DNA from: Hyaloraphidium curvatum SAG 235-1
Lineage: Eukaryota; Fungi; Monoblepharomycota
DNA length: 64,000 nucleotides
Assembly: GCA_025558095.1 (NCBI GenBank)
Contig: JAIVFI010000030.1
Span: 1 to 64,000, forward strand
Reading direction: 5' to 3'
The notes beneath the pieces are model-generated. The model did no database searches and was not told where the DNA came from. It saw only the letters and a list, made by a program, of their open reading frames with translations. Below, piece after piece: positions 1 through 11,845 of the stretch (position 1 is the first letter of the stretch; each line of letters opens with the position of its first letter). The translations under genes and the position numbers were made by a program.

Positions 1-537
1 CAGGTGCTGCCCCGCGTAGGCGTTGTAGTCCGGGTGCTGCTGAGAATAGCCGGCCCACTGGCCCGCCTGGGGATGGGGGTATCCCTGCACGGCGGTCCCC
101 GCCGACGACGACGACAGGTGGTGGTCCGACACCCCGCGTTCCTGGTACTCCCCGTCGGTGGTGGCCGAGCCCGAGCCGGCGCGGTTCGCGGAGCGGGAGG
201 CCCCGGCCGACCGGAAGCCCTTCTCGCCCTTTGCCGGGAACACGCAGGGGAGCTCCTTGGCGCGGCAGCGGGCACAGGCGCCCCCTCCGGCTGCCTCCTC
301 GCCCTCGCACGTCTTTCGGGCGCTGCGGCAGCTATTGCACGCGACCTTGCGGCGAGGGGGAAGGGGCGCGTCGGCGTCGCCGTCGCCGTCGCCGGTCGGG
401 TAGGCGCAGCCGTGGCCCGCGGCCGCGCACCGCGAGCACGCCGGCAGCTTCCGGTCGCAGCTGCGCTTCCGGGCGCGGCACGCGAGGCAGTTGAGCGCCG
501 CCCCGCCCTCGCGCGGCCGCTTCTTGCCGTCGCCCAT
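1..537 (-). CDS. Zn(II)2Cys6 transcription factor with two zinc clusters (5' part; runs off window start)
   Basis: Manual translation from ATG 537: MGDGKKRPREGGAALNCLACRARKRSCDRKLPACSRCAAAGHGCAYP...KVACNSCRSARKTCEGEEAAGGGACARCRAKELPCVFPAKGEKGFR. Open to position 1; not in ORF track. Confidence 0.9.
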   Translation of the reverse strand, partial: MGDGKKRPREGGAALNCLACRARKRSCDRKLPACSRCAAAGHGCAYPTGDGDGDADAPLPPRRKVACNSCRSARKTCEGEEAAGGGACARCRAKELPCVFPAKGEKGFRSAGASRSANRAGSGSATTDGEYQERGVSDHHLSSSSAGTAVQGYPHPQAGQWAGYSQQHPDYNAYAGQHL

Positions 538-1813
538 GTAAACGGCGGGCCCCGGGAACCGGTTTGGGCGGCAAACAAACAATCGCGGCGAGCGGGCGAC
601 GCCTCCCACGCGGCCGCACGCCGGCAAGGACGCCGCGCCGAGCAGAAGCGGGTTCCGAGCGGGCCGGGCCCGCACGAGCAGCCAGGGGAGCAGGGGGCGG
701 GAACCAGCCTCCGCTCCATGACGCATCGTCGGAGCCAAAATCCCCGTGCGACCGCCGGCAGTTGGATCCGGGATCGTGCAGTCCTATACGGCTGCCATCG
801 TACGAGAGCAGCGAAGCGGATCGGTTTCCGGTTCGCCCGCCCCCGCGCAAGTTCGAGCGTGGCCGAACGAAAAAAAGGAGCAGGGACCGCGGCCGCCTTT
901 CGGACGGCGGGCCAGAGGCACGCATCCGCCAGCTGCGTAAGCAGGGGCCACCCGGCAGACGCCGCACCGCTCGGCGCCTCGGCGTGCGCCGGGTGGCGAT
1001 GTGTGAAGGGTGCCCCGGTGCTAGACGGCCACGAAAACCCGCCCGAGCCCGTTGATGGCAACTTGAAACTGGGCGGTCGATTCCGCCGGAAAAGTCGTCG
1101 GTAACATACGCTCATGCTGTCGGAGATTTTCCAGTCGATGGCGTGGGCGGGGAACCCGAGGGAGGAAAGGCGACCGGTTCGTTCCGCGGTCTTGGGCCGA
1201 GAAGCACAGGTTCCCGGCAGCCTGGCAATGCTTCAGCGGCCCGCGGTTGAGAAGGTGCGGAGGCGTGTCTTTTTGATGACTTCCTGCCGTTTTTTCTGGG
1301 GGGCGTCCATGGCACGATATGGTCCTTTGCTCGTCAGAAGAGTCCGGGGTCCCTGCAGGCACGCTCACCTGTCCAGAGGCCGGTGCATCCCGTGGTCCGG
1401 AACACAGAAAGATGCTGTCCGAGCCGATTCCGCGGCGACACTTCCCGCGTGAGGCGATCGCGAAACCGGAACAGGAACGTCTACGAGACAATACGGGCGA
1501 GGCGATTGGCATTGCTGCAAACGAAAGTTCCAAGTCCCTGTATTTTTCTTTCATCTTCCCTCGTTTCGCTTCCCTGGGAGCGTGTTGCGGAGCAGATCCT
1601 GTGTTGGCACGGGCGGCCACCTCCGCTCGCCGCAGCGCCGCGCTGGTACGTACGGTCCCGTCGCCTTGCCACCCTCTCCCTGTGGGATTCACCCCACGGA
1701 GAGAGGACACACGGGACGAACGACCAGCGAGCTCTCTCCCGACGGGAACCCGTCGTAACCGTGGGCTCGACTTGTGAGCGGCACGGGGAAGCGCGACGCG
1801 TTCCCGGCGCGGC

Positions 1814-4135
1814 ATGTCCGCGCCGAGCCGCCCGCGGGTGCCGCCGTCGAGCTGCCTCGCCTGCCGCGTCCGCCGAAGGAAGTGCGACCTGGCGAGGCCC
1901 GCGTGTTCGCGGTGCGCGTCGACGGGGAACGATTGCCGCTACCCCGAGGGCGGGACGTGGGAGGGCAGGGACAGGGAGGCCGGCCCACCCCGCCGGAAAA
2001 AGGCGTGCAAGGCCTGCCGCCTGATCCGAAAGTCTTGCGAGGCCGCCGTTGGAGATCAGGACGGGGAACCGAAGCCGGGGGACGGGCCGTGCGCGAGGTG
2101 CCTCGAGAGGGGAATCGAGTGCGTTTTCCCGGCGCCGGGGGAGAAGGGCTTCCGCACGAGGAGGGAATCCGCACGTCGTTCCGATGATGGAGATGAGGAT
2201 GTGGTGGAGGAGGAGGGGTTTGTCGACCCGGAGGACGGGGTGGACGCGGCTCCCTGCTCGCTCTCCCCTTATTGGACCTCGGCCTCGTGGGCGTCGTCTT
2301 CGGAGGTTCCGACACCTTCGTTGGCCCCCGCTTTCGGACCCCAGGAGGCTACCTCCCCCGCGGAACCCAAGCCCGCCGCCGCACCCACGCTCACGATGCA
2401 GTTCCTTCTTTCGCTCCTCCCCGACTTTTTTGACGTCGCGGACGCGCTCTATCCGGTGTTCGATCCCCCGACCTTCCTCGCCGGCGCCATCAACGGCACC
2501 CTCCCCGACCTCCCCCTCAAATCCGTCCTCCTGGCCGCCCTGCGCCAGGGCTACGACAACGGCGACCCGCGGCTGCGGGACGGCGACGCGGTCCGTGCCA
2601 CGGAGCTGTCGCTGTTCGCCGACGTGAAGCGGGACGTGTCCCACCTCGCCGGCCGCGGCATCCGGAGCCTGCCCTTCAGGGAGCAGCCCGCTGCCGTCGG
2701 CGCCCTCGTGTGCCTGATCGCCTGGTGCCACAATGCCGCGATGCTGGAGGCCGCGAGGGAGATGGCCGCGCTGGCTGCCCAGTGGGCCCGCGAGGCATTG
2801 CTGGCCGAGCGCGGCAAGATGCCCTGGGAGGATCGGTTCGCGGAGCTGCTGGGCGCGCCGGACGAGTGGACCGCCCGCGCGATGCCGCTCTCGCCGCCGC
2901 AGCTCCGCGCGCTGCGGGCGGAATGGGCGGAGCACATCCTCCCTACCCGGCTGTGCGTGCTACTGGCCAACATGGCGGGCCAGCGGCGCGATTGGACCCG
3001 CCGGGAAGAGCCGGTGCTGCACGAGCTTCTGAACGTGAGGGCGACCCCGTGCTACGCGGTCATCAAGGCCAGCGAGCAGGAAGACTGGGACGCGCGCACC
3101 GCGCCGCCGGTGCCGCCCATGTCGTCCATGGTCTCGTGGATGTCGCTGGAGCCGGGATCGCCGGCCCGCAGGGACGCGCTCCCGCCGCTTTCGGGGTACA
3201 TCCTCGGGGTGCGCAACGCTCTGCCCGTCATCTACAACGCCCTGCGCGCCCGGGCCGATGCCTTCCTCGCCGAGTGCCTGGCCGCGGGGGTGCGCACGCC
3301 GTTCCTCCTCGGCTCCGGCGCCGCCGGTCCCCACGAATCGAGCCTCTTGGCGCTGCGCGCACGGACCGACGCCGCCTTCCTCGACGCCATCTCGGCATGC
3401 CCCGCCGCCGCGCGGGGCGACGCCGCGGGGATGGTCCGCGCCCTCGAGCCCGCGCACGGTTTCTACCACGCGTGGGGGCAGGTGCACTACTTTTCCGCCT
3501 TGAAGGTGATGCGGCTGGAGATGTACTCGTCGTTCGGAGTGTTTCTGCTGGAGAGCGAGGTGGAGAGCTCGGAGGGGTCGGCGGATGCGGGAGGGGTGGT
3601 CGGCCTGGGCGAGGCTGTGGCGGACGAAATGGGGGCCGGTGGCGTCCTCACTGGTCTTCTCGCCGACGTAAGTGTTTTTATGCTTGGCCAGCGTGCTCGC
3701 TGCTAAGCCTCGTTGCTGACCGCCGGATGCCAGGTCATCCACGCTACCCAGGTCCTCAGGCAGCTCCTGGACCTGAACCCCGCCCTCGTCCGCGCGCTCC
3801 CGATCGCCGGTCCCCTCGTACTCCGCGTCGCCCTGCTTTCGACATTCATGTACCGCCGCGTCGAGCCCCTCCTCTCGGGCTCGCCGCACCTCACCGAGCT
3901 CGCCGACGACGTGCGCTCCGCCTTCTCGGTGCTCGAGGCAATGGCGGCACGCTGGCCCCGCAGCCTGCTCCCGGCGCAGCTGGCGTTCGCGCGAAAGGTC
4001 GCGGCCGGGCGGGATGTGACCGGGGCGGAGGTGGCAAGGGCGCACGGGAGGGGTTGGGTAGGCGAGGCGAACAACATCGAGGCGGCGGCGGCGCTGGCGG
4101 GGGTGCTGCGGGCCGCGTATGGCGGACAAGGGTGA
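1814..4135 (+). CDS. Zn(II)2Cys6 transcription factor with two zinc clusters and a fungal TF middle region
   Basis: CLACRVRRRKCDLARPACSRCASTGNDC and CKACRLIRKSC...CARCLERGIEC. Intron 3668-3733 (gtaagt...ctgac...cag) joins ORF 1814 in frame to the 3734-4135 exon. Confidence 0.9.
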
Positions 4136-4272
4136 TTTGCGATCGTTTGTGGGGACGGGCGGTGATGTGAATGACAGCGGAGGTGGCTGATCGCCTGTTG
4201 GTGCGACCGTCGGGGTTCCGGGCCGCGACCCTCGTCACACGAAACTGACAGCGCGCGAACACCAAACAAACC

Positions 4273-7106
4273 ATGTTCGCTCCGTGGGCCTCCGCAGACG
4301 CAGGCGGCGTCGCCTTTGCCCTCCTTTCTTCGCTCGCCTTTGCCCTCGGTTCCCTCGGCGTCTCGGCCTGGCCCGCCTCCCGCGCCGCGGAGCTCGTCTT
4401 TCTCCGCTCCCTGGCGACCACCGCGCTGCTCCTCTTATGCTCTCCACGGTCCGCGGACGGCCGAATCTTGCCGAAAGGCTCGCTTGGCATCCTCATCCTG
4501 CGGGCTGCGGCTTCTGCGGTTGCCCTGGTCTGCGTGGTGGCCGCGGTCGGGGCGATCGGGCCCACGAGGGCCGCGGTGGTGGCGCAAAGTAGAGTGGTGA
4601 TCACGGTTCTGGCGGGTGCAATGTGGTTGGGAGAGGGCATCGGGGTGAGTTTTCGTTCACGAGCGGGAGAAGTCGCATAAGCTGACCGCCGGGCGTCGCC
4701 CAGGTCGTCGACTTGATCGCTGCAGTGCTCTGCGTTGCCGGCGTCGGCCTCGGCTCTCTGTCTCACCACGGCCCGGATGTTGGCCACGGCAACCTGGTCG
4801 GCATCCTCGCCGGCCTGGCCTCGGCGTGCGCCTCGGCCGCCCTGTCGATCAATACGCGGCACCTCGCTCGCCGCCCGATCCGCGGGCTCTCCGCGTCGCA
4901 CCTGCTCCTCGCCAACACCGCGGGCCCCGGCATTCTCCTGTTTCCCGTCGTGGCATGGGAACTTCTGACTCCTCGGATCGGCCCCCCGGGCCTCTGGGGC
5001 TTGGACTTGCCTCTCCTGGCCGCGATCGCGAGCCTCACCGCAGCGGGACAGTTCGCCTCCATCCGCGCGTCGCAGATGCTCCCCGCGGGTAGGGCAGCCC
5101 TGTGCTCGGCGTCGCAGGTGTGCTTCGCCATGCTGCTTGACCTTGCACTGGGGAAGCCGGTCGGGGTATGGGAGCTGGCCGGCGCGGGGTTGGTGCTGTC
5201 TTCGGTGGTCTGCGCGGCGGGACATGGTTCCGAGCAGGACGCCATGACCGGACGTGGCGAGATCCGACTGGAAGACGGGCGGGGCAAGAAAGACGCGGCT
5301 GACAGGCCGTCCGACGGTGAGCGCAGGTGTCGCTCCAGCCTGCGGGCTTTTGGCCTCCCGGGGCTGCTCCTGGTGGCGGCGGTGATCTGCATGATGCATG
5401 CGCAGAAGACTGGGCAAGCCACGGACGAGGACTTGGCCGAGATGCCGTTCCCGCCACCAGAGCCCGATCCAGCGCTGCCGATCGTGGAGAGACTGGTACA
5501 ACGCAATCACCCGGAGCCGGAATCCCAGATTCCGGACGACCCTCCGACCACGCCATTCGCGTTCCAGCAGTTCACCACCCGCGTCGTTGCTCTCTCCGCA
5601 TCCGTCGCCTCCCATCCTGACGCCACCCTGGTCGAGCTCACCGGCGACGTACGCGACCTCCTTCCCCTCGCCCCCCTCTCTTCCCCACACGAACTCCCCG
5701 CACGCTCGATCGACATCCCCCTCGCTCCAAAGATCACCTCCCTCTCGGGCGCACCCGTCACATACATGCTTCCCGGACCTGCCGGCGCCCAGCCCCGCGG
5801 CGCTGTCCTGCTCGTGCAGGCGTGCCACCGCTACGCCTCGTTCGCCGACTTTTTCCTGCTCCCGCAGCAGCGCCGCCTCGTCGCGCACCTGCTCTCGCTG
5901 GGATTCGCGGTGTTTTCGCCCGGGTACGTGCGGATGGGCCGCACGCTGGGGGATTCGTGCGTTGACATGTTCGATTACCCGTGGAACCCGGACCTCGTGC
6001 GGATGAAGGCCGCGGCGGAGGAAATGCTGGACCTGATGGAGGCACAGTTCGGCAAGGGGGTGCCGCTGTTCGCCTATAGCATCTCCGGCGTCGGCACCTT
6101 CCTCGCCGCCCTCGCGCGGATCGTCAGGTTCGATGCGGTCGCCATCGCCGCGAGCCCTTGGGACCCGAGCGACGGCCAGGCCGCCGCGACGCCCGTGCTC
6201 CTCCATGCCTTTGCTCGCGACTACCTCCTCCGCCCCGAGGCGGCGCTCGAGATCGCCGCGAAGCAAGGGCCGCGGAGGGTGCTCCTCGACCGGCGAGTGT
6301 TCACATCGCCGGACGGCAAAGCGCTGTGGAGCCTGCTCCCCGAGGCGTTCGGCTCGGAGCGGGACGCAGAGGGGCTGGTGGAGGCGCTGTGCGCGCAGGG
6401 GCACTGCGGGCGGTACACGGAGGCCGCGACCGGCGGGATCAACCGCACAGCCGATAGGGATGAGCTGGTGGAGCGGATCCCGGCGTACGGTGCGGCGTTG
6501 CAGAGCACTCGGAACGCGACCGCGCCGCCGGGGAGGGAACCGAGGCGGGTCGTGGACATGGAGCTGGGGATGTACCAGCCCGGTGGGGAGGTTGTTGTGC
6601 TCGCCGGATACCTCGGCTGACGTCTCGTTGTTGCGACAGGGTACTTCGAAAACGTCACGGACTTCCACGAGGTGTTCGAAGCGCCCCGGCTCGAGATGTA
6701 CCGCAAGGCCATGCCCCTGGACGCGCTTACCTACGCCGTGCGCAGCGAGAGGGAGAAGAGGGAGGGCAGGGCTGGTGCACGCGGCCGAAAGCTCTTCCGG
6801 CGCCTCCTCGGCGCGGCGGAGGACGAAGGCGGGCCGTACTACGCGTGTCCCTGGCGCGAGGACGAGTTCGATGCCGCCGACGCCGGCTGCGACGTCCTCC
6901 GGCACGAGGTGCCAGAGGCTTTCTACGCCGCGCTCTTGGAAGACCCCGACTTCGGGCCTCTGGTTCGCAGGAAGGCGAGGCTGTACCACAACCTGGCGCT
7001 CAGGCTGGCGGTGCAGGCGCTGGGGTACTACCACAGCAGCTTCGCGGACTTTGGGATCAAGGAGGAGGTCGGGGCGTGGTTCTGGAGGCACCTCGGATCG
7101 GGGTGA
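4273..7106 (+). CDS. EamA/DMT-type transporter read in frame into a membrane-anchored alpha/beta-hydrolase-like domain
   Basis: Introns 4645-4703 and 6583-6639 keep frame. About 10 hydrophobic segments with EamA-like LAGAMWLGEGIG and LLDLALGKPVG. Then a TM helix, AVLLVQACH...GFAVFSP...PLFAYSISGVG and a C-terminal YHSS. Confidence 0.7.
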
Positions 7107-7644
7107 GGGAGGATCGGAGCGGATGCAGGATCAGGCGGGAACGAGACGAGGGGCGGTCGGAACTGTTTTCCGCGCCGTGTCTACATTGCACTTCATCTAT
7201 CTCCTTTGCATCGATCAGAAACGGTGGTTTTGTGTGCATTGGTCGGTCCTCGGGGCGACGGTCGAGGCCGTTCGGGCCTGAACGGCGGCTGGTTAAGCTC
7301 CGACGGAGGACGCTGCCTTTTCCGTTCCCTTCGGACCCCGACGGAACGCTTCTGCAGAAGTTAAGGGCGGGATAGGCACGGCTGGACCATGGCAAGAGCG
7401 CGCTGGGGTTGCGGTTCCCCCCGGGTCCACTTTTCTGGCCGGTGAGTCGACGGCGTGGGGCCCCAGAGCCCTGGCCGATGACGTCGCGGGGCGGTGCCTG
7501 ATCCCCACAACAAAGGACCCCTCTCACACGGCCCCTCTCCGCTGCCCTGCAACGACCTAACCCGAACGTAGGCCCGCTCCCCGCGTGCTTTGCCCCTCGC
7601 CCGCGGCTGAGCTCAACCTCCGCCCAAGGCCCGCCGTCCGAGCC

Positions 7645-8252
7645 ATGGCGCGCATCTCCGCAACCATCCTGATCGCCCTCGCGGCCGTTGCCTGCCTCTT
7701 CGTCGGTGCGTCCGCCCTGTAAGTTGTCTTCGTGGGGCACCGCAACGCGGCAGGCCACTGAACGGAGCCCGCCCCCGCCCCAGGCCTGCCGACGAAGCCC
7801 GCGCCCTGAGCGTAAGGAGCTGCTCCGAGTGCCCCGAAGAGACACACTACTGGTGCGTTCCTCGTCCGCTTGCGGTCGCCATGGGCCCCTGCTGATCGAC
7901 CATCGCCCCGCCCCCGGCCAGCGAATACTCCGAAGCCGGCACAATTTGCCTCGCCTACGCCAACGCCCGCTCGCTCTACCGCCGCTACGCCCCGCAGTGC
8001 GGCGCCGTCGGCCAGGACTGCTGCCCCGGCTACTCGTGCACCGCCCCCGCCGTCTGCAAGTTCGGCCCGCCCACGGCCTGCGTCACCTGCGGGCTGCTGT
8101 ACAACCCGTGCTGCGGCGGGATGGGCGGCACCTGCACTGCCGGGGCGTGCGACAGCTTCGGGACCTGCGTGCCGTGCGGCGGGTCGGGGCAGCCGTGCTG
8201 CGCCGGGAACCAGTGCAACAGCGGGCCCTGCTTCACCAGCACCTGCTTGTGA
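7645..8252 (+). CDS. Small secreted cysteine-rich precursor (3 exons)
   Basis: Exons 7645-7718, 7784-7852, 7922-8252 give MARISATILIALAAVACLFVGASALPADEARALSVR-SCSECPEETHYCEYSEAGTICLAYANARSLYRR-YAPQCGAVGQDCC...CGLLYNPCC...CGGSGQPCC...STCL*. Canonical splice sites; not in ORF track. Confidence 0.85.
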
Positions 8253-8416
8253 GGAGGGCAGAAGGAAGGTTTCCAGGCAGCCAAGCATCGCTTCTATCAG
8301 TCTCGCCAAGTAGCCGCCGCAGTGTGGATCGTCGGAAGTATCGGATATCAAACAGGCGTCACGTTGCTTCGCACCCGCTGGCGGCCACCGTCCCGGCGAT
8401 CCAGCCGAGCCCACCA

Positions 8417-8660
8417 GTCCGTGGCGCGATGACGAGTTCGATCCCGCCGATGCCGGGTGCGACGTCCTGCGGCACAAGTCCCCGGGGCTTTCTACGCCGC
8501 ACCGCTTGACGACCCCGACTCCGGCCCGCTGGTCCGCAGGGAGGGGCCGCTGTTCCACGATGTCGTCCTCCGGCACGCTGTGCAGGAGCTGCGGTGTTAC
8601 CACATCAGCTCCTCGGACTTTGTCTATCGAGGAGGAGGTCGGGGGGTGGTTTTTTGAGGT
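8417..8660 (+). pseudogene. Degenerate copy of the last exon of the 4273-7106 gene
   Basis: Aligns by eye with about 6847-7088 (gacgagttcgat...tgcgacgtcct...ttctacgccgc...gaccccgact...gaggaggtcgggg) with indels that break the frame. Confidence 0.85.
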
Positions 8661-9001
8661 ACATCACGGCCCTGGGACCGCTGCAGCCGGAGCGCTGGGG
8701 CGCCCGCGAAGACGTTGTCGAGCGATTTCCGTGCCATTCCGGGGTGGACCATGCTTCTGATTCCGCGCGCCCATGTGACCATCCGTACGTGAGCGACGGA
8801 ACTACATTCGATACAAAACCCAACTCCCGCACCTCGGATGTCGCCTCGCGCCTCCGATCCCGCGTCCCGTCGCCGGTCGCCCCACGTGCGTGCGGCGCAC
8901 CCGCCCGAAGACCCTTGGGCCGCCCAAACGCGCCGCCAATCTCCGTTCAGCACCGCCCCAACCCGGCAACAGGGCCGCCCCGTGCGGTGCCGCGAGACAG
9001 A

Positions 9002-9256
9002 ATGGGCGCGGGAAAAGCGCTCGAAGACGGGTTCCCGCCGCCCCGCCCGCCGGACGAGCCGCACGCGGGGGAAGGGGAGGGCGGGGAGCGCGGGCGCCGC
9101 GCGGCCGACCGCGCTGTCTGGGCGTCGCTGCTGGGCGCCGGCGCCGCGCTGCTTATTTTCGCCGTCGTGCTGGCGGCGTTCGAGGCCGCGTTCCCGGATT
9201 CCGCGTCGGGCGCGGCGTGGGAGGACTGGGGAGGGCCGGCGGACGGGGCGGCATGA
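9002..9256 (+). CDS. Small single-TM protein (84 aa), hypothetical
   Basis: ATG 9002; hydrophobic VWASLLGAGAALLIFAVVLAAF; GC3-rich codons. Confidence 0.45.
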   Translation: MGAGKALEDGFPPPRPPDEPHAGEGEGGERGRRAADRAVWASLLGAGAALLIFAVVLAAFEAAFPDSASGAAWEDWGGPADGAA

Positions 9257-9972
9257 GGGCTCGGCGCCGCGCGGACGGGAACACCGGGACGGCCCGCCGG
9301 GCACGTGGGACCGATCGTGGGGATCGAATGCGCCGACTCGCGGCGGGATTGGGCACGAATGGGGGTTCGGCCGGAGGGGGGGCTTCCTTGCCGCAGCGGA
9401 TCGGCGACGGCGGTGGCCGGTGGTGGCGACACCCCTCGCTCCCTCTCCAGGGCACGCGAACTCGATCGGCGGATCGGAAACTTCCGTGCCGCACTGGAAT
9501 GCATGTTCCGCCGGCTGCGGGCCGGGATGCTCGGGATGCCGCTGGCGGCGCCGTGTTTGGCGCGGCGAGCCGGCCCGCAAGGACAGTGGCCCGCCCGCGG
9601 GATCGACCGGCGCCACTGCAGGGACTCACGGACGGCACGTATTCTTCAGATGGACCGGGAGAGAACGGTTGGCTCGGATTGGCGGTCGCGCTACCCTCGA
9701 TGTCCGCATCGCGAGCGAAGGAGCGAGGCGGAGCGGATTCGCCCCGGCAGACACAGACGTAGAGACATGTAGACCAGCTTAGAACGGACATCAATTCTGC
9801 ATCCGCCGGACGGCACCGTGCTTCTTCCACCTTCATCGCGGCGACCGATCAGCCGCTCCGGGGCACGTGCCCGACCGCTTCCCGCGTCCCGCATCCCGCA
9901 TCGTCACTCCCCTCCATCCCCCCCCTCTCCCCTCCCTCCCTGCCCCCATCTACCGTCCCCCCGCCGCCCCCG

Positions 9973-10161
9973 ATGCAGCGCTTCCGCCCCCTCCTCGACG
10001 GCAGCCCGCCGCCCTCCTTCGGCGGCGCCCTCCGCCTCCGCATCACGCTGCTGCTCTCCGCCGCCGCCCTCCTGGGCGTGGGCGTATGGCACGCCGTCGT
10101 GGGGCTGCTGGCGTCGCGGGAACAAGGGGGCTGGGCGGTGCGGGGCAACGCGAGCGGGTGA
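9973..10161 (+). CDS. Small single-TM protein (62 aa), hypothetical
   Basis: Follows a C-rich 5'UTR-like tract typical of genes here; TM segment ITLLLSAAALLGVGVWHAVVGLL. Confidence 0.4.
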   Translation: MQRFRPLLDGSPPPSFGGALRLRITLLLSAAALLGVGVWHAVVGLLASREQGGWAVRGNASG

Positions 10162-10333
10162 GGGGAGCGGACGAGGGGGGCCCGCAGCGCTCGGGGGCCC
10201 GACCCGGACGGACTGCCGCCTCGGGGACACCGGCCGTCTCGATTGCGGAGCCTCTAATCGGCCCGCGGGTATCCCACAACACGACGCAGATCGGTATCCC
10301 GGTATCCCCCCCCCCCCCCCCTTCCCGCGGCGC

Positions 10334-11845
10334 TCAGTGCCCCACCAACCCCCCCTCCGCCTCCCTCGCCCTCCCCGCGCCGTCCGGCGCCCCGACGGCG
10401 TACATCACGCACCCCCCCGCGACCACCGCGCAGCCGACCACCTTGGCCGCATCCAGGCACTGGCTCCCGTCGCGGGAGCAGAACCACGCGTGGCCGCCGA
10501 CGAGCACCACCGCCGCCGAGAGGCCGTTCAAAACGTTGGTGCTGACGGCGCCCATCGAGTGCAGGAGGGTGTAGTACGACAGGTTCAGGGAGAAGTGGAG
10601 GAGGGTGAGGAGGGCGTAGAGGGCGAGGATGAAGGGGACGGCGTGCGTGCCGCGCTCCCGGACGGGCCCGGCGACCAGGCCGTCCCACCGGGGGAGGGTG
10701 TAGAAAGAGATCCATGCAAAGAGGAGCAGGCAGCTGGTGGAACCGACCCAGGTGCAGACTTCCATCGGGGTCGGCGGCGGGGGGCCCGAGTGGGGCGGGA
10801 GGTCCTCGGGGGAGGCGTCGGCAAAGATTTTTTCGGTGAGGGCGGCGACGAAGGCGTCTGTCCGACACGGGGGAGGGACACGATCAGCGACGGCGGTGAC
10901 GGAATCCGCGCCGCACGACACCCACACGCCACGGTCCCGCCGAGGTTGAGCAGCACCCCCGCCCACTGGAACTCGCCGCTCTGCCACCCGCTCATGCCCA
11001 TCCCCACCGCGACCGCCAGCACGGCGGCCCACCTCCTCCGCCCGAGCATCCGCCGCCGGCCGAGCCACCCGCTCAGCACGGCCGTGAGGGGGACCACGGC
11101 GCCGTAGACGACCTGGTGCAGCCCCGCGCCGGCGACAAAGATGCCGACGGTGACGAGGGTGTTTGCCAGAATGTCGAGGAAGGAGAGGAGGAGAACCTGC
11201 GGGAGGAGGTGCGCGGGGGGGAAGAGGGTGCGGGCGGCGGCGGGGCCGTGGTACTTTGGGGAGGTCAGCTGGGCCTTGTCGGGGGACGGGTCGCGCGGCG
11301 GGGAGCGCGGGCGGTCCGGCGGGGCGTCGGAGAGGAGGGAGGAGAGGGCGGAGACGACGTAGGCGGCGTCGAGGGTCGCGGGGAGGAAGTAGGCGGCGAC
11401 CATGCCGAGGTACTGCGTGAGCACGACCAGCATCGACCACTCGTCTAAAGGGGGCCCGGAGGACCGTCAGCAAATTCCCGTATCAGCTGAAGGTAAGTTG
11501 GCACCGACCCGCGGAACCCGAGTAGTACAGCTCCTGCGACACCAGCGAGATGCCCGCGCCCGACAGCAGGAACATTGCCTGGTTTGCTGCGGCGACCCAC
11601 CACACCGGGTCGAGCAGCGCGGCGGCCACCGCCCCCGTGGGCGCGGACCGCGTCTCGGGCAGCGGGAGCAGCGGCGCCTCGGCCCGCGGCGGCGGCGACG
11701 GCGGCGGCGACGGCGGCGCCGTCAGTGGGTGCGCGGTGTTTGCCGGCTCGCCCGCGGGCGGAGGGGCCGCCGGCGCCCCGAAGGCGCCCGCAAAGAGGCG
11801 CGCGGCGGCCGCGGAGAGCAGCGCCGCGGGGCCCGGGTCCGCCAT
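10334..11845 (-). CDS. DMT-superfamily (SLC35-like) membrane transporter, 3 exons
   Basis: Three ORFs join through introns near 11510-11446 and 10927-10858. Multiple TMs; LDILANTLVTVGIFVAGAGLHQVVYG and MGAVSTNVLNGL motifs typical of SLC35/DMT. Confidence 0.8.

Noticed and set aside
3891-7091. 1066-aa minus-strand ORF and similar long antisense ORFs (37802-39745, 44883-46544, 55551-57506)
   Set aside because: Shadow frames of high-GC coding genes; Arg/Pro/Gly-rich with no motifs.
10304-10321. Long poly-C tract
   Set aside because: Simple homopolymer near convergent gene ends; no further structure.
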